A stretch of 64,000 nt of DNA from the human T2T-CHM13v2.0 reference genome, Homo sapiens, in the NCBI RefSeq assembly GCF_009914755.1, contig NC_060928.1. One strand, written 5' to 3'. Position 1 is the stretch's first letter. Each line of letters opens with the position of its first letter. Of the stretch, positions 47,106-61,656 are shown one piece after another. Position numbers and translations under genes: made by a program. The notes beneath the pieces are model-generated. The model worked only from the letters and a program-made list of their open reading frames with translations, did not search any database and had not been told where the DNA came from.

Positions 47106-48040
47106 TCCTTAGCTGGCTTCTATTGGGTTCCAGGGATGGGAGGCAGTGGCAGAAGCTGGGAGGGTGGGAGAAGAGAGAAGTCAGGGCATGTACTCCCCAC
47201 TCCCTTTCTGCTATTGTCTATGTTTTTACAAGTAGCTGCTTCTCTCCAGGCTCAAGTTCCTCTTCCCTGGCTCCAGCTCTCACGGACTCCTGAGAGTCCT
47301 GCCTCTGGTTTGCCTTACACCAGTTCAAATAACCATGCCTCTATTTTTCGAAGTTGTCTTTTCACTCATCTCTCTTCATTTGGATTCTGTTTTCTGCTGG
47401 GACTCTGTAGAGTGGCAATTTTACTTTAATTTATGTGATTATTTCATCAATACCTGTCTTCTACTAGGCTTGAGCTTCACAACATTAGCACTTCTAGAAG
47501 TTGCCAACAAATATTTGTTAAATGATTTAGTGAGTTAGTGAATGAATGAACTTACATTAGAATCAGAATATACTACACATTGTGTAACATTTCTAAAATG
47601 TTCCTGCTACATTTGACATGGCACCAAGGTATTAGACCAAACATTTTACCTCTCTTGCTTGAAAATAGCCTTTGTTGTCATAAATACTTTTACTCATGAC
47701 AATGATTTCAATTATTCCATTAATAAGTGCAATCACTGTGATTTCTCAATTTACAAGATGTAATTTTACCTAAGTGAAAGAAGTCATTGATGACAAGATG
47801 AGATTTCAAGTGGACCGTAGTCAGTTATAGCTCTAAGAACCAGTAGGAACACAATACAAATGTTAAGCAGAAAAAGAAGGCTCTGAATCCCTGAATTTTT
47901 CACATCCTATTACAAATGACACAGGTAAATGAATACTTAATGCTTACAAGGTGTAGGAGGGTTAATTGCAGAAGGAAATGTTCTCTTTTTACTACAATAA
48001 ATTATCTACTCTGTGTTGTTGTCCTAGGCTTAAAGGACTA

Positions 48041-48380
<340 letters not shown>

Positions 48381-49629
48381 TTAGATATGTAAATTACATA
48401 TTAACATTTAGAGTTAGATAACTTCTACAAAATGACCTGGAAAATCCTGGTATCAGATCACTAGTAAGTATTTCCAGAATGGGGTCTGGAGCTCTGCAGA
48501 TTTATCTTTTCTGGTAGAATCAAGATCCTTCAAACATACCAGTATACATTGTACCACATGACACCTGAATTTTAATCTTAAGAAAATTAGTTTATAAATA
48601 TAATCATAAGTAAATACATATATCAAGAATCTTTATTTCATAGCACAGCATTTGAAAGCAACAATTTACCTATTGTGCAAACTCCAGGTGATATATGAGG
48701 TTGATATAAGCTCAACTCTGAGGAGGGTCAAAGTTCATCTCTTTTTTGCAGTCTCCTTTCTAGTGAAACCTCTACTATTTCTTCTGCTAACTTTTTCACT
48801 GTAAAAAGTATTCCAGTTCTGTTCATTCTAAATAACACAGAGATGGAGAAGGTCCAATTTCTCTAGTATGGTATGAGTTCGAGATTATTTCTAATATGGC
48901 ACTACTTTGGATATGGGTCTGACTGATCTTATTATCCTGAATGATATGACATGGCTTCAGCAACAATTACAATAATACCTTGAAGGGAGGGGGTTTAGGG
49001 AAGAAGTGATTGAGCAAAAATAGTTAAAATGCAGTTATACAGCCAATTATTTTTACAACTAGAACCAGACAATTTGCTTTGCTTTATGTCTAATTAGGTG
49101 AAACAAAAAAATTCCTGTTTCCGTATTCATTCTCTTCGGTCATAACTCATATAGGAAATGACCACATCAGTTCCTTACTTATCGCTTCCCTGGAAACAAA
49201 AGAGCATTTTATACCTGATCCTGCTGTTGCCAGTAAAGAAAGTGGAGCAAAAATTAACCTTCTTCCATCCCTCTTTTCCATTTGGAAAACAATATTTTTA
49301 AGGGGGGGAGGGGAAGGGAATGATGCATTCAATATATAGGGGATAATACATTCCCTCCGCCCCAGACTCACTCTTTCCCATTCTCCTCAACATATCCACT
49401 TAAAGAGCGCTCAGTACGCTGAGGGCCCCAAGCCTGACAGAGTCAAAAAAAGAAGCATCTCTGCCCAACCTGAACATCACGACTCTCGATGCCTCGCATA
49501 CAACGAGGCAGGGCGGGTCGCCCAGCCCCAGGGGACCGGGCGGCGTCTCCCGAGCCTGCAGCCCAGGGCCGCGGGCGGCGCCGCAGCGCTCCCGGCTCCC
49601 CTCCTGCAGGGATCGGCCACGGTCCTTAC

Positions 49630-49759
49630 CCGCCAGTCCGCCGCCGCCGCCTCCATCGCCGGCGTGGCCCTTCCTCCGCTGCAGGATGAAGTATGGGTTG
49701 GCCCTCTCGGTGATCCACAGCGCGTTGGCCAGCAACACCTCCTCCGGGTTCACCCACAT
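49630..49759 (-). CDS. TBC1D9: TBC1 domain family member 9, first coding exon (130 nt, ends in phase 1)
   Basis: ATG at 49759 in context CCAGGACC-ATG-T (A at -3). Translates [43 protein letters not shown]+G, the N-terminus I recognise as TBC1D9 (paralog TBC1D9B starts MWLSPEEVLVANALWVTERANPFFVLQ). Ends at the donor GCGG|GTAAGG (GT at 49629-49628). Lies in a CpG island. Confidence 0.96.
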
Positions 49760-49900
49760 GGTCCTGGCTGCCGCGGGCGGGCGCACAATGGGCCCGTGGG
49801 TCCAGTCCTGCACCCACCACCGCGACAGGCGCGCACTCCTGGGCACACGCGCGCCCGCCCGCCCGTCCGCTAGGTGCGGCGGCGGCGGCGGCAGGCGACT

Positions 49901-49990
49901 TCAGGGGGTGGCCCGCGGCGTCCGGGCCACAACAAAGCCCCAGCAGGCGGCCCGGGAGGACGGTGAGGACGCGGGCGCGGCAAGCAGCAT
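49901..49990 (-). other. Putative upstream ORF (29 aa, MLLAAPASSPSSRAACWGFVVARTPRATP*)
   Basis: The only minus-strand ATG between the main start and about 50550. Context GGGGAGG-ATG-C; TGA at 49903-49901. Relevant only if the TSS lies above 49990. Confidence 0.5.
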
Positions 49991-51185
49991 CCTCCCCGCG
50001 GCGTCGCCGCCCCGCGAGAGCCCGCGGCCGCAGACGCCCGGCCTGGCACTCTGCAGCCCGGCTCCCGGCCCACGGCGGCGGGAGGAGCGGGAGGAGGAGG
50101 AAGAGGAGGAGGAAGGGAGCGGGAGGAGGAGGAAGTGGTATAGCTCAGTCCCGGGATCCGGCTCAGCGCCAGGCAGGGCTAAGGGCCACCCGAGCGGATT
50201 CGGCCCCGCGGTCAGGGCCAAGCTGGGCTCCGGCGCTGCTGCTCCCGCGGCGCCGACTGGAGCTCCAGAGCCCCTCCCGTCTCTACCTGCTCGAGCTCCC
50301 GAAGTCGCCGCGCCTTAACGCGCCGTGTCGGGGCCGCAGGCGCCACTAGGGAAGCCCAGCTCCCCGCTGGAAGGACGCTCCGGACACTGCGAATGAATGA
50401 CGACAACGCGGCTCACTTGGAGCGGGTCCGGGTTTGTGCGGACTCGGTACCACCGCGGGCTCCGCGCGCCGAGCTGAGCAGCTGTGGCTGGCTTCGGGGG
50501 AACCTTCGGGGGAAGCTCCTGGGGACCGTGTGCCAAGCACTGGGCCCGACGCCCATCCCAGCAGGGAGGACGCCGCCAGCCTGCGTGGGTGCGTGTGTGC
50601 TGTTTGTGTTTAAGGTTGACGCTCTATGGGATAGCGCCACCCCTTTTCCCAGGAAAAGTGTTTCAAGGTTCCAGACCTGGAGCTCGGTTAGAGACCCGGG
50701 GTCGGAAGCCAACGCAGCCAATGGTCGTCGATGTTTTTGTTTCCTGCATCCCCAGGGCAAGTCATGCGCTAAACTTGTCACCGCTTGTGACCCCTCCCCC
50801 CTCTCCATTCCATTGTAATTAAAGTGGCCTAGCTAAGTGCATTACATCACTTCTTTCCTTGACCTGTAGGGCGTGAGCAATAGAGAAGTTGGAAGCGGCC
50901 CAAAAGCTTAGACCAACTAATTCACACCACAGCTGTTCCTATATCGCATTTGGGGCTTCGAAAACTGGGCATGGCAGAATTTTAAAATTTATCCACTCTT
51001 GGTAGATGGATTTTTTTTTTAATCAGTGAAACCAGAAACACACAAACCAGGGCAGCTTTATCCCTAGACAGTTTCAGTTTCCCCAAATACTTCGAGCTTC
51101 CAGTGGTGATCACAGCCCATCTGCCTACATATCTGATGACCATTTTTTTTTCCTCCCGCCCAGGAGATCTGGAGGATAGTTCAGC

Positions 51186-51219
<34 letters not shown>

Positions 51220-51765
51220 CCTCTTCCCAAATGATGGGAATTTAGCAGACTCTGCTTTGTTGTGGATGCTGGGCAATCCTAGGGACTTTTCCCTTTCCAA
51301 ATGAGCAGAGATTCAAATGAAACCTTCTTGTGTGGGCTTCAAAATTGTGACTTTTGTAGCTCCGACTTGAATTGTTGAATTCCTTCAATTAGTCGAATGA
51401 GCAAATCACCAGCCATTCTAATGAGACTGCCATTTCATCTGTTCGCTTCCTACCGCTTGGGCTCTCAAGGAATGGAAGTTTCCCTTGATGTTACCACACA
51501 GACTGATCTGCTTCTTCCAGGCATCAGTGGAAACCTCATGTATTTAACACAGACTCAAAAAACTCATTTGGCACTTTTGGTCACAGTGCAGTGCCTTCAG
51601 TCACAAAATCTGCAAATAAAAAGCAAACAATAAGATTATAAGTCATACATATGCAAAAATTATATTAATATATCATGTAACTTTTATATTTTTGAAGTGT
51701 TTCCATAGGTATTCTTTTACTTGATATAATTGGTATTTTTAAAAACTCTAAGTGCCTTAATACCA

Positions 51766-52568
51766 TGTTGGGGTTTGGAAAATGATACCACAAAGCATGG
51801 TGCTTTGGCATGCTGAGTACTTTGAACTAAAGGAGATTGAAAGGCCTCAGAAGCAGTTTCTCTCTGACCTCCTTCTGCCCTCCTGTCTCCCACCTCTCTT
51901 TCTCCCCCAAAGTGAGTCATGGAAACTAAAGGCAGGTCATAGAAACTAAAACCCCTCTTCCCAAAGGAAGCTACAAAACCTAGAAATATTACCATTCCTC
52001 ACTCTTCTGTGTAAGAGCAGACATAAAGAATAGAGAAATAAAGAAATTATCTACCCTACCTTGTTGGATAGTAGGTCCCCTTTCCAAAGGAGTCCTGCTC
52101 TAAACCCAGGAGGAGGGAAAGCTATACGGAGAGGCCAAGAAGAATCTGAACAGACAGACTGGGTCTGTTCTCAGTCTATTACCATTGGATCTTACCCTTT
52201 TGTCCAACCACATCTACATGGCTGCCCACTCTTCATTGAACCTAAGCACAAAAATGGACAGAGCGAGACTCTCTCAAAAAAATAAACAGGCTGGGCATGG
52301 TGGCTCATGCCTGCAACCCCAGCATTTTGGTAGGCAGAGCCAGGAGGACCCCATCTGTATTAAACCAGAGAGACCCCATCTCTATTAAAAAAAAATAGAC
52401 AGGTTTCCCTGGGTTTTTCCGTCTTCATTTCTGAAGGTTCCCATGTCACCTAAAACTTTGATTAAACAAATGTGTTGTGCTTTTCTCTTGTTAGCCTGTC
52501 TTTTGTTATAGGTGTGTTGGCTATGACCCTTATGGGAAGGAAAGATATCACACCTTTTCCCCTACAAC
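51766..52568 (+). mobile_element. MER31-like ERV1 LTR containing rearranged Alu fragments (about 52257-52395)
   Basis: tgttggggtttggaaaatgataccacaaagcatggtgctttggcatgctgagtac ... ttttcccctaca. Confidence 0.7.
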
Positions 52569-52576
52569 AATCTTTT

Positions 52577-52862
52577 GTTTTTGTTTTGTTTGAGACAAAG
52601 TCTCGCTCTGTCACCTAGGCTGGAGTGCAGTGGCACGATCTCAGCTCACTGTAACCTTCACCTCCCAGTTCAAGTGATTCTCCCACCTCAGCCTCCTGAG
52701 TAGCTGGGACTACAGGTGTGAGCCACGACGCCCAGCTAATTGTTGTATTTTTAGGAGAGACGGGGTTTCACCACGTTGGCCAGGCTGGTCTTGAACTCCT
52801 GACCTCAAGTGATCCGCCCGCCTTGGGGCCTCCCAAAGTGCCAGAAGCCACCATGCCCGGCC
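52577..52862 (-). mobile_element. AluS
   Basis: Reverse Alu; TSD tacaacaatcttttg on both sides. Confidence 0.9.
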
Positions 52863-53060
52863 TACAACAATCTTTTGGCTTGCCCTTGGCATGCTGCTTA
52901 AGGTTGTGGTTTCACACCAAAACCTATACCCTAGCCCCAAAATGTAAGTTACTTTGGCCTTTTTTATATACTGGTACCAAGTGCTATTTACTTATACAAT
53001 TTATTCATTCATTCATTCATTCATTCACTTATTCAACATATAATTATTGAATGCCTACTA

Positions 53061-53405
<345 letters not shown>

Positions 53406-53874
53406 TTAAAATGTAACCAAAACAAGCTTATAAAAATTTGCTTTGAGAACAAGATTGGACACCAAGAGGAAAGAAGAAACATTTTAAAATCCTTAGCCAT
53501 TTTCTAGTTTCTTGGAAGATTTAGAGCACATTCTCTCCAGGAAATCATGCCATTATTATCATGACTTGTGATAACCTGTAGTAAAAGGACATTGCAAAAA
53601 ACTAGAGAAACTATAAGGAGTTTTGGTGGCTTTCCAGTCCCATAGTGCTACCTACTCAATTAAATGTGACTTTGAAAAAAAAAAAAAAGACAATCAAATA
53701 TACCTAGACAAGAAATGACATAAGGAGAACCTAATTAATCTAACTAGTTCCTCTGTGAAATACATGACTATTTTTAGCTTTCAATTTATTCTCACTGGTT
53801 TTAAGCCCTAGGATAGTCTCAGACCACCTGAAGAGGAAAAGCATTCAACAGATGCCTAGATAAGGTAGAGGTAG

Positions 53875-54288
<414 letters not shown>

Positions 54289-54337
54289 GTGTCTTTCTGT
54301 CCCTCAGATCTCTCACTCTCTCCTCCAACCCTAATAG

Positions 54338-54667
<330 letters not shown>

Positions 54668-55030
54668 TGACTGCTTGACCTTCAAGCAGTTAATCCGTGT
54701 ATTGCTTAGTGGGCAGATCTGACTGAGGCAAAATTCCAAGTGTAGTTAGTTAGTCTTTGGCAATGTCCACCCCCATTTCTGCAGTATGCCCTCCTTTTCT
54801 GCTTTTTCACCTTCACAGTGGTGTGTTTTCCTCCTTATCCTCACTCCTCTCCCACTCAGTCCTCTGCTTGGTCTTCTTGGGACTTGCCCCACTTTGGAAA
54901 TAGCATGGAGTCTCGGAAGCACTGTGCCCACACATCCTGCCTCCCAACTGCGGTGTCTGCTCCTTCATGGCTCAGTTCTCCCAGAAGCAACGGGACAAAG
55001 GCTGCAGAACACGGGTGTTAATAACCATTC

Positions 55031-55335
55031 CAGGTCGGGCACGGTGGCTCACGCCTGTAATCCCAGCACTTTGGGAGGCCGAGGTGAGTGGATCACTTGA
55101 GGTCAGGAGTTCAAGACCAGCCTGGCCAACATGGTGAAACCCCGTCTCTACTAAAAATACAAAAATTAGCTGGGCATGGTGGCACATGCCTGTAATCTCA
55201 GCTACTTGGGAGGCTGAGGCAGGAGAATCGCTTGAACTCAGGAGGCGAAGGTTACTGTGAGCCAAGATTGCACTACTGCACTCCAGCCTGGGCAACAGAG
55301 ACTGTCTCAAAACAAACAAACAACAACAACAAAAA
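55031..55335 (+). mobile_element. AluS
   Basis: Full Alu with (CAA)n tail. Confidence 0.92.
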
Positions 55336-55667
55336 ACATTGCACTGCCCGGCAGTCCCAGGAGTGGTCAACTAGTAGAAAATTCAGTTTCAGTTTCAGCA
55401 GAGAATTCACCCAGCAGAACAATAAAGTGCTAATGTTTCCTTGGAAGAACTCCACTAGGCCTCCTGTCTGAAGATAACATTTTAACAAGAGCTTTTTTTA
55501 AAAAAAATTAATTCCCCTATCTTTGATATCCAACCTGGAAGGGCAGTAGCTCTAGTAGGCTATTTGGAATTTCTTATACCCACTGAGGTAGAAGAAGGAT
55601 GACCAGTTGGGATAGGAAAGAGTAATATTGCTTTGAAGATCCAGTACTTTGCAGTTGCTTTGAAATC

Positions 55668-56053
55668 TGTATTAGTCAAGATTCTTTAAAGAGACATAAC
55701 CAATATGCTATATACTATGAGAGAGGATTTTTAGAAGAATCAGCCTGGAGTTCTGATGTCCAAGGATAGAGAAGAAGAATATGTGGTCAGCAAAATGTCC
55801 AAGAACAGGAAAAGAAGATCTGTATATGAGATCCACATTCACCTTTTCTCTGTTTTAGTTCTCTCTAGGTCCTCAGCCAATTGAATGGTGTTCTCCTCCA
55901 CAATGAGAGCAAATCCTTCCTCCTAGTTCACTCAGACTCACACGCTAATCTCTTCTGGAAACACCCTCACACATGCACTTAAAATTAATGCTTTCCTGGC
56001 TCTCTTGGTATTCCTTAATTCAGTCAAGTCGCTACCTAAAATTAACTATCACA
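55668..56053 (-). mobile_element. MLT1-type MaLR LTR
   Basis: tgtattagtcaagattct ... ctctt..ggaaacaccctcaca ... cctaaaattaactatcaca. Confidence 0.75.
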
Positions 56054-56355
56054 ATACAGAGAACTTCACAGTGGATCTGAGTTGCTAAACCAGCTGGAGA
56101 AACTAGATCAACCAGTCACCGCATTGTCAACTCTGCAAGTAATAGAGATAATTGATACAGAAGCCACAGTTAGGTTATTTTAGCTTTAAATGAATGAACA
56201 GTTCTGCAGCCAGGACCATCCTTCTAGTATGATTGAAGGGAAAAGATTCCTCAAAATAGTTCTTACTGTAACAGTGCTACCTTGCATCCCTTCATTAAAT
56301 CATTACACTTTTTATTACATTCTGAGATGCTCTGGAAATAAAGAATAAATGAAAC

Positions 56356-56737
56356 TCCCTCCCTCCCTCCCTGTCTTCTTTCCTCCCTCCCTCCCTCCCT
56401 CCCTCCCTCCCTCCCTCCCTTCCTTCCTTCCTTTCTTCCTTCCTTCCTTCCTTCCACAGGATCTTGCTCTGTTGCCAAAGCTGGAGTGCAATGGTGCAAA
56501 CATGGCTCACTGTAGCCTTAACCTCCTGGGTTCAAGCAATTCTCCCACCTCAGCCACCTGAGTAGCTGGGACTACAAGTGTGTGCCATCACATCCAGCTA
56601 ATTTTTTAAATTTTTTTGTAGAGATGGGGTCTCCCCATGTTGTCCAGGCTGGTCTTGAACTCATGGGCTCAAGCAATCTTCCTGCCTCAGCCTCTCAAAG
56701 TGCTGAGATTACAGGCAAGAGCCATTGCACCCAGCCA
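56356..56737 (-). mobile_element. AluJ with (CCCT)/(CCTT) tail
   Basis: Reverse Alu plus microsatellite. Confidence 0.88.
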
Positions 56738-57850
56738 AAACATTATTTCTTTCTATGTTGGGAACATTGTGGTCAATGACCTCTGTCAAATGTATCTGTG
56801 TTCCTGGAACGAAGGAAGGAAAGAAGACCCTAGCCTCTCTGAGGGAAGAATAAAGCTAAACATTAGCAGAGATTTATTTTCAGACTGACTATTTGTCATC
56901 AAACAGGGCAAGTTTTTGTGTTTTTTTTTGTTTTGTCCTTTCATGAAAGAGTCAAACCTAAGGGCAAGTTTTAATGATTGGGAAAGAATGATAAATAAGG
57001 TAGAGACTTTAGAACAAAGGGCAGGGTGGTGAAACACTTTTCCTACTTCAAAATTATCTACTGCAAGTTCCCTGAGGGCCAGGACCCTCTTTGTTGGTGT
57101 TCTTTTGGTGTGCACAGGACTACTGAATTTCTAAACTTATGTTTACAGATTTAGAAGAAAAAGGCCCTAGGAGACGCTGAACATAGTTATATTGAGCTCC
57201 TCATTTTATATAAAAGGAATGAAAGCCCAGAATAAGGAAGAGACTTGACTAGGGTCACTTGGATAATTAATAGCAAAGTTGGAAATTGGTCTTATTTAGA
57301 AGACTATGAAGAACCTGAATACAAATTGCAACTTTTTCCTGTTTCTTTACACATTATTTGTCACATTTTTTTCCTCAATAATTAAGTTTATATTTATATA
57401 ATGCTTTCATGCCATTACCTATCACTGTGGTCTGGATGTTGAGACCTATCCACTGATTGGCCAGATCTAAGCCACATGCCTTCCCTGGTGTAGGTGGTGG
57501 CAGAGGAGAGGGGACAGTGTGTGGGGAATAGTCCCCAAGGAAAAAATCAGAGAACTATGAGAATAAGGAGACAGGGTCGTGGGCAAGCCTATGTGACAGA
57601 GGTCTATTATACAACCTACTATTGACAACTTGTTTTTTGGTGACTGTATCTTCTTGAAAGTAATTTGATATTGCATGAATATAACATGTTTTGTTTTCTG
57701 CTAACAAACCTAGTGGTTTGACTCTTGATAATTATGGTCAGAAGTCATTTGAGTTACTTAATTTCTTTTTTCATATTTAAAGAAAAGAAATTATTGCAAA
57801 GGTTCAGATAGACTAAACTAGTACCAGAGACCTTTAGCAAGCTCTCAGAT

Positions 57851-58162
57851 CAGGACAGGTGCAGTGGCTTACACCTGTCATCTTAGCACTTTGAAAGGCC
57901 AAGGTGAGAGAATTGCTTGAGGCCAGGGGTTCGAGGCCACGGGTTCAAGACCATTCTGGGCAACATAGCAAGACCCTGTCTCTACAAAAAATTTTAAAAT
58001 TAGCCAGGCATGGTGGCACATGCCTGTAGTTTCAGCTACTTGGGAGGCTGAGATGGAGGATTGTTTGATCCCAGGAGTTTGAGGCTGCAGTGAGCTGTGA
58101 TTGTGCCACTGCACTCCAGCCTGGATGACAGAGGGAGGCCCTGTCTGGAAAAAAAAAAAAAA
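57851..58162 (+). mobile_element. AluJ
   Basis: Alu dimer with a small internal duplication (gaggccaggggttc/gaggccacgggttc). Confidence 0.88.
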
Positions 58163-58528
58163 AGGGCTCTGGCCCAGTGCTTTTCTCTTTACCCAAACCC
58201 TTCTCTGAATCTCTGCTTCTCTCTGTACATTTGGTCTAGTGTCTTTCTCCACTGATCAGCCTCTTTGCTAACAATAGTATCTGACCCCTTGTAATTTAAG
58301 CATACACATGAACCATCATAGCCTCTCTGGTTCCATCTCTCTGTTACTTTCAAGCTATAGCTCCCACCATTCAGTTTTCTCAAGGAAAGAAGAAACATTT
58401 CTTGGCTATTTTCTGAATACTTTAGGTAGGTATTTCTTAGCTACAATTCATGAGGAACATCAGTTGGTTCAGCTTATCTTTTTGTCCAAGATCAAGGTTG
58501 TTGTATTGCTTACGACTGGCTGTCATCT

Positions 58529-59042
58529 TGAGGCAGAAGAATAGGGAAATAGGGTAACCAAGGGTTAAGATAGAAGCAAAAGAACAGCAGGTGCAACCAG
58601 TTCTAGGCAAGATAGGGCAGTATACAGGCCACATTCTCACGCCTGTGATAACAAGACAGGAATTTCCACTTTAGCCTCTGATTGACCACGGACCAAGTCT
58701 CCACTTCATCCTCTGATTGATTGCGGGCCAAGTCTCTATTTCAGCCTCTGATTGGTTGTGGGCCAATCCTTCATAGGGTGTAACCAATTGGAGGCCTCTA
58801 AAGAGCACCTGGGGGTGTTACCAAATTCTTTTAGCTTAATAAAAACCCTAAAGAACATTGTAATCAGGCATCTTGGGCTGCTTGCTCGAGCCCACTCCCA
58901 CTCTGTGGAGTGTAATTTTGCTTCGCTAAATCTGTGCTTTAGTTGCTTCGTTTGTTGCTTTGTTTGTGAGTTTTGTTTATTTCTTTTTTCAACTTGCCAA
59001 GAACCTGGACAACTCACAGTCAAGACTTTCCATCTGGTAACA
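58529..59042 (+). mobile_element. ERV1 solo LTR with tandem CCAAT-like units
   Basis: TGAGGCAGAAGAATAGGG ... CATCTGGTAACA termini; three units of about 35 bp containing cctctgattg; ttaataaaa element. Confidence 0.75.
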
Positions 59043-59235
59043 ATTTGGTCAGATCAACAAGACATAGCATCTATGTAAGTATGCATATTTTGTGCAACTG
59101 GTACTTCACAAATTCTCACGAAAAGTGTCCCATCACTTTGCCTTCAAATGCTATAATAGTTGAAAAATGTCTGAAGTATTTCTTGTTTAACACAAGCCAG
59201 TCAACCATGTCAATAAAGACTAAAGCTCTTATACC

Positions 59236-59425
59236 ACCCTGGGCAATATAGTGAGACCCTGTCTATGCAAAAAATGAAAAATTTAGTCTGGCATGGTGGC
59301 ACATGCCTGTCGTTCCAGCTACCTGTGGGGCTGAGGTGGGAGGATCTTTGAGCCCAGAAGGTTGAGGCTGCAGCAAGCCATGATAGTGCCACTGCACTGT
59401 AGTCTGGGAAAAAAAAAAAAAAAAG
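59236..59425 (+). mobile_element. 5'-truncated AluJ
   Basis: Partial left arm, right arm and poly-A. Confidence 0.85.
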
Positions 59426-59533
59426 ACAAAAGCTATTTAATGTGGTGTATTTTTAGATATACTGTATGCAGTATAATATACAGAATATCACACAGTGTAA
59501 TAATTTTTATTATACTGACAACATTCTCATTAG

Positions 59534-60046
<513 letters not shown>

Positions 60047-60213
60047 TAAATCATAGAACAGAATTTGATCTGAAGATCCCAAATATTTGAAAAACCTTAA
60101 ATATAAAACATTAAGGGGAGAAAAAAGTATTCGCTGCACCAAAGGAGAAACTCCCAAGGTTAAACATGAGACTTGGCTGTCAGGCTATCTTTACCAGGAT
60201 TAATAAAAAGTCA

Positions 60214-60543
<330 letters not shown>

Positions 60544-60583
60544 TCAGTTTTTATTCTTGAGGCTCTCAACACCCTCTCTTTAG

Positions 60584-60670
60584 GCATTTACTGCTGAGTT
60601 TTCTTTTGCAGAGCATTTACTGCTGAGTTTTCTTTTGCAGAGCATTTACTGCTGAGTTTTCTTTTGCAGA
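60584..60670. repeat. Perfect tandem repeat, 3 x 29 bp (gcatttactgctgagttttcttttgcaga)
   Basis: Identical units at 60584, 60613 and 60642. Confidence 0.95.
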
Positions 60671-61413
60671 ATCTTTGCCCTCAGTGATGTCGTTTACTTC
60701 TATAAAATACAGACCTAAATTGACATTTTCATCATAAAGTTGTACTGGTGAGAATTTTGCTCTTTTTGTCACTTGCAATCCCCTTATAGGCTGTGAAATG
60801 TAATCTTCCATAAAAAGGAAGTGTGTTAAATCACACTGATTTCTATTCCAATGAAAATTACAGTTTGCTTTTAGTGGGCATGACTCAGTCAATCAAATTG
60901 GAAGCTTGACATTCTGTCCCTGAATGAAAATTTTTAAAACATCATTTCCTCCCTCTTCTCTTACACGGAGCCAACCATCATTCACCTAAAGGACACTGAA
61001 GAGGAAGGCATATAATGAAAACAAAAATAAATGCCTACTGACTTTATCCTTCTCTACAAACTGTGGCCCTCAGATTTAAATATGAAGTGTCAAGTAAGAA
61101 GCCTTTTGAAAGAAATGAGAAAATCTTTTTAGATGTGCTAATAGAAGATCACAGAATTCTAGTTAAAGATAGCTGACTGGTGGTTAAATAAAACAGTGCT
61201 GTAATAAAGATTACATTTTAATCATACTTGAGTAAAAAGAGAAAAATAATCATACTTGAATAAAAACAGAAAGATAAAAATGAAAAGACTACATTTTATT
61301 TAATCAACCCTATGTAGCTATGCTTAAGTCTGCAGTGGAACCCCTTGAAGCTGGTGCCAGATGATATACAGTCTTTCTTAGAACCAGGAACAAGTAACCA
61401 CCTGTATATAAAA

Positions 61414-61441
61414 GTGTGTGTGTGTGTGTGTGTGTGTGTGT
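61414..61441. repeat. (GT)n microsatellite
   Basis: Directly visible. Confidence 0.95.
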
Positions 61442-61656
61442 TGTGTAAGGGGAGCACATGAACTATTTTACAAATTTAAACATCTCCAATTAATTCTCCT
61501 GATGTTTTATTTTTAATTATACAAGTAAATAATGTTCACTGTAGAAAAATTAGAAAATACAGATAAGCAAAATGGAAAGATGCCAAATCTATATGTATGT
61601 AGTGTTTTTATTCTCAAACAGAAAAGAGTTCATGCTATGCCTAAACTTTTGTAACA

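Larger units (their letters stand above)
49480..50730. promoter_or_regulatory. CpG island covering the TBC1D9 promoter and 5'UTR
   Basis: Very GC-rich with dense unmutated CpGs, against CpG-depleted flanks. GC-box-like repeats (cccgcccgccc at about 49854-49864), a purine-rich GGA tract at about 50080-50134, and CCAAT at about 50718. The exact TSS cannot be read from sequence. Confidence 0.9.

Noticed and set aside
49400-49846. 148-aa minus-strand ORF as a complete gene
   Set aside because: Only 49759-49630 is TBC1D9 coding sequence. The N-terminal extension starts at a non-ATG codon, and the C-terminal part reads through a canonical donor into the intron.
50136-50175. ggtatagctcagt resembling a tRNA 5' end / A box
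   Set aside because: No downstream B box (GTTCGA), cloverleaf or acceptor-stem pairing is visible.
49686-50318. 210-aa + strand ORF (and other overlapping ORFs) in the CpG island
   Set aside because: Antisense to TBC1D9 exon 1; Ala/Gly/Pro/Arg-rich. Long ORFs are expected from stop-codon scarcity in GC-rich DNA, and it has no recognisable domain.
60584-60670. 29-bp repeats as a CRISPR-like array
   Set aside because: The units are directly adjacent with no spacers, there are no cas genes, and the context is eukaryotic.
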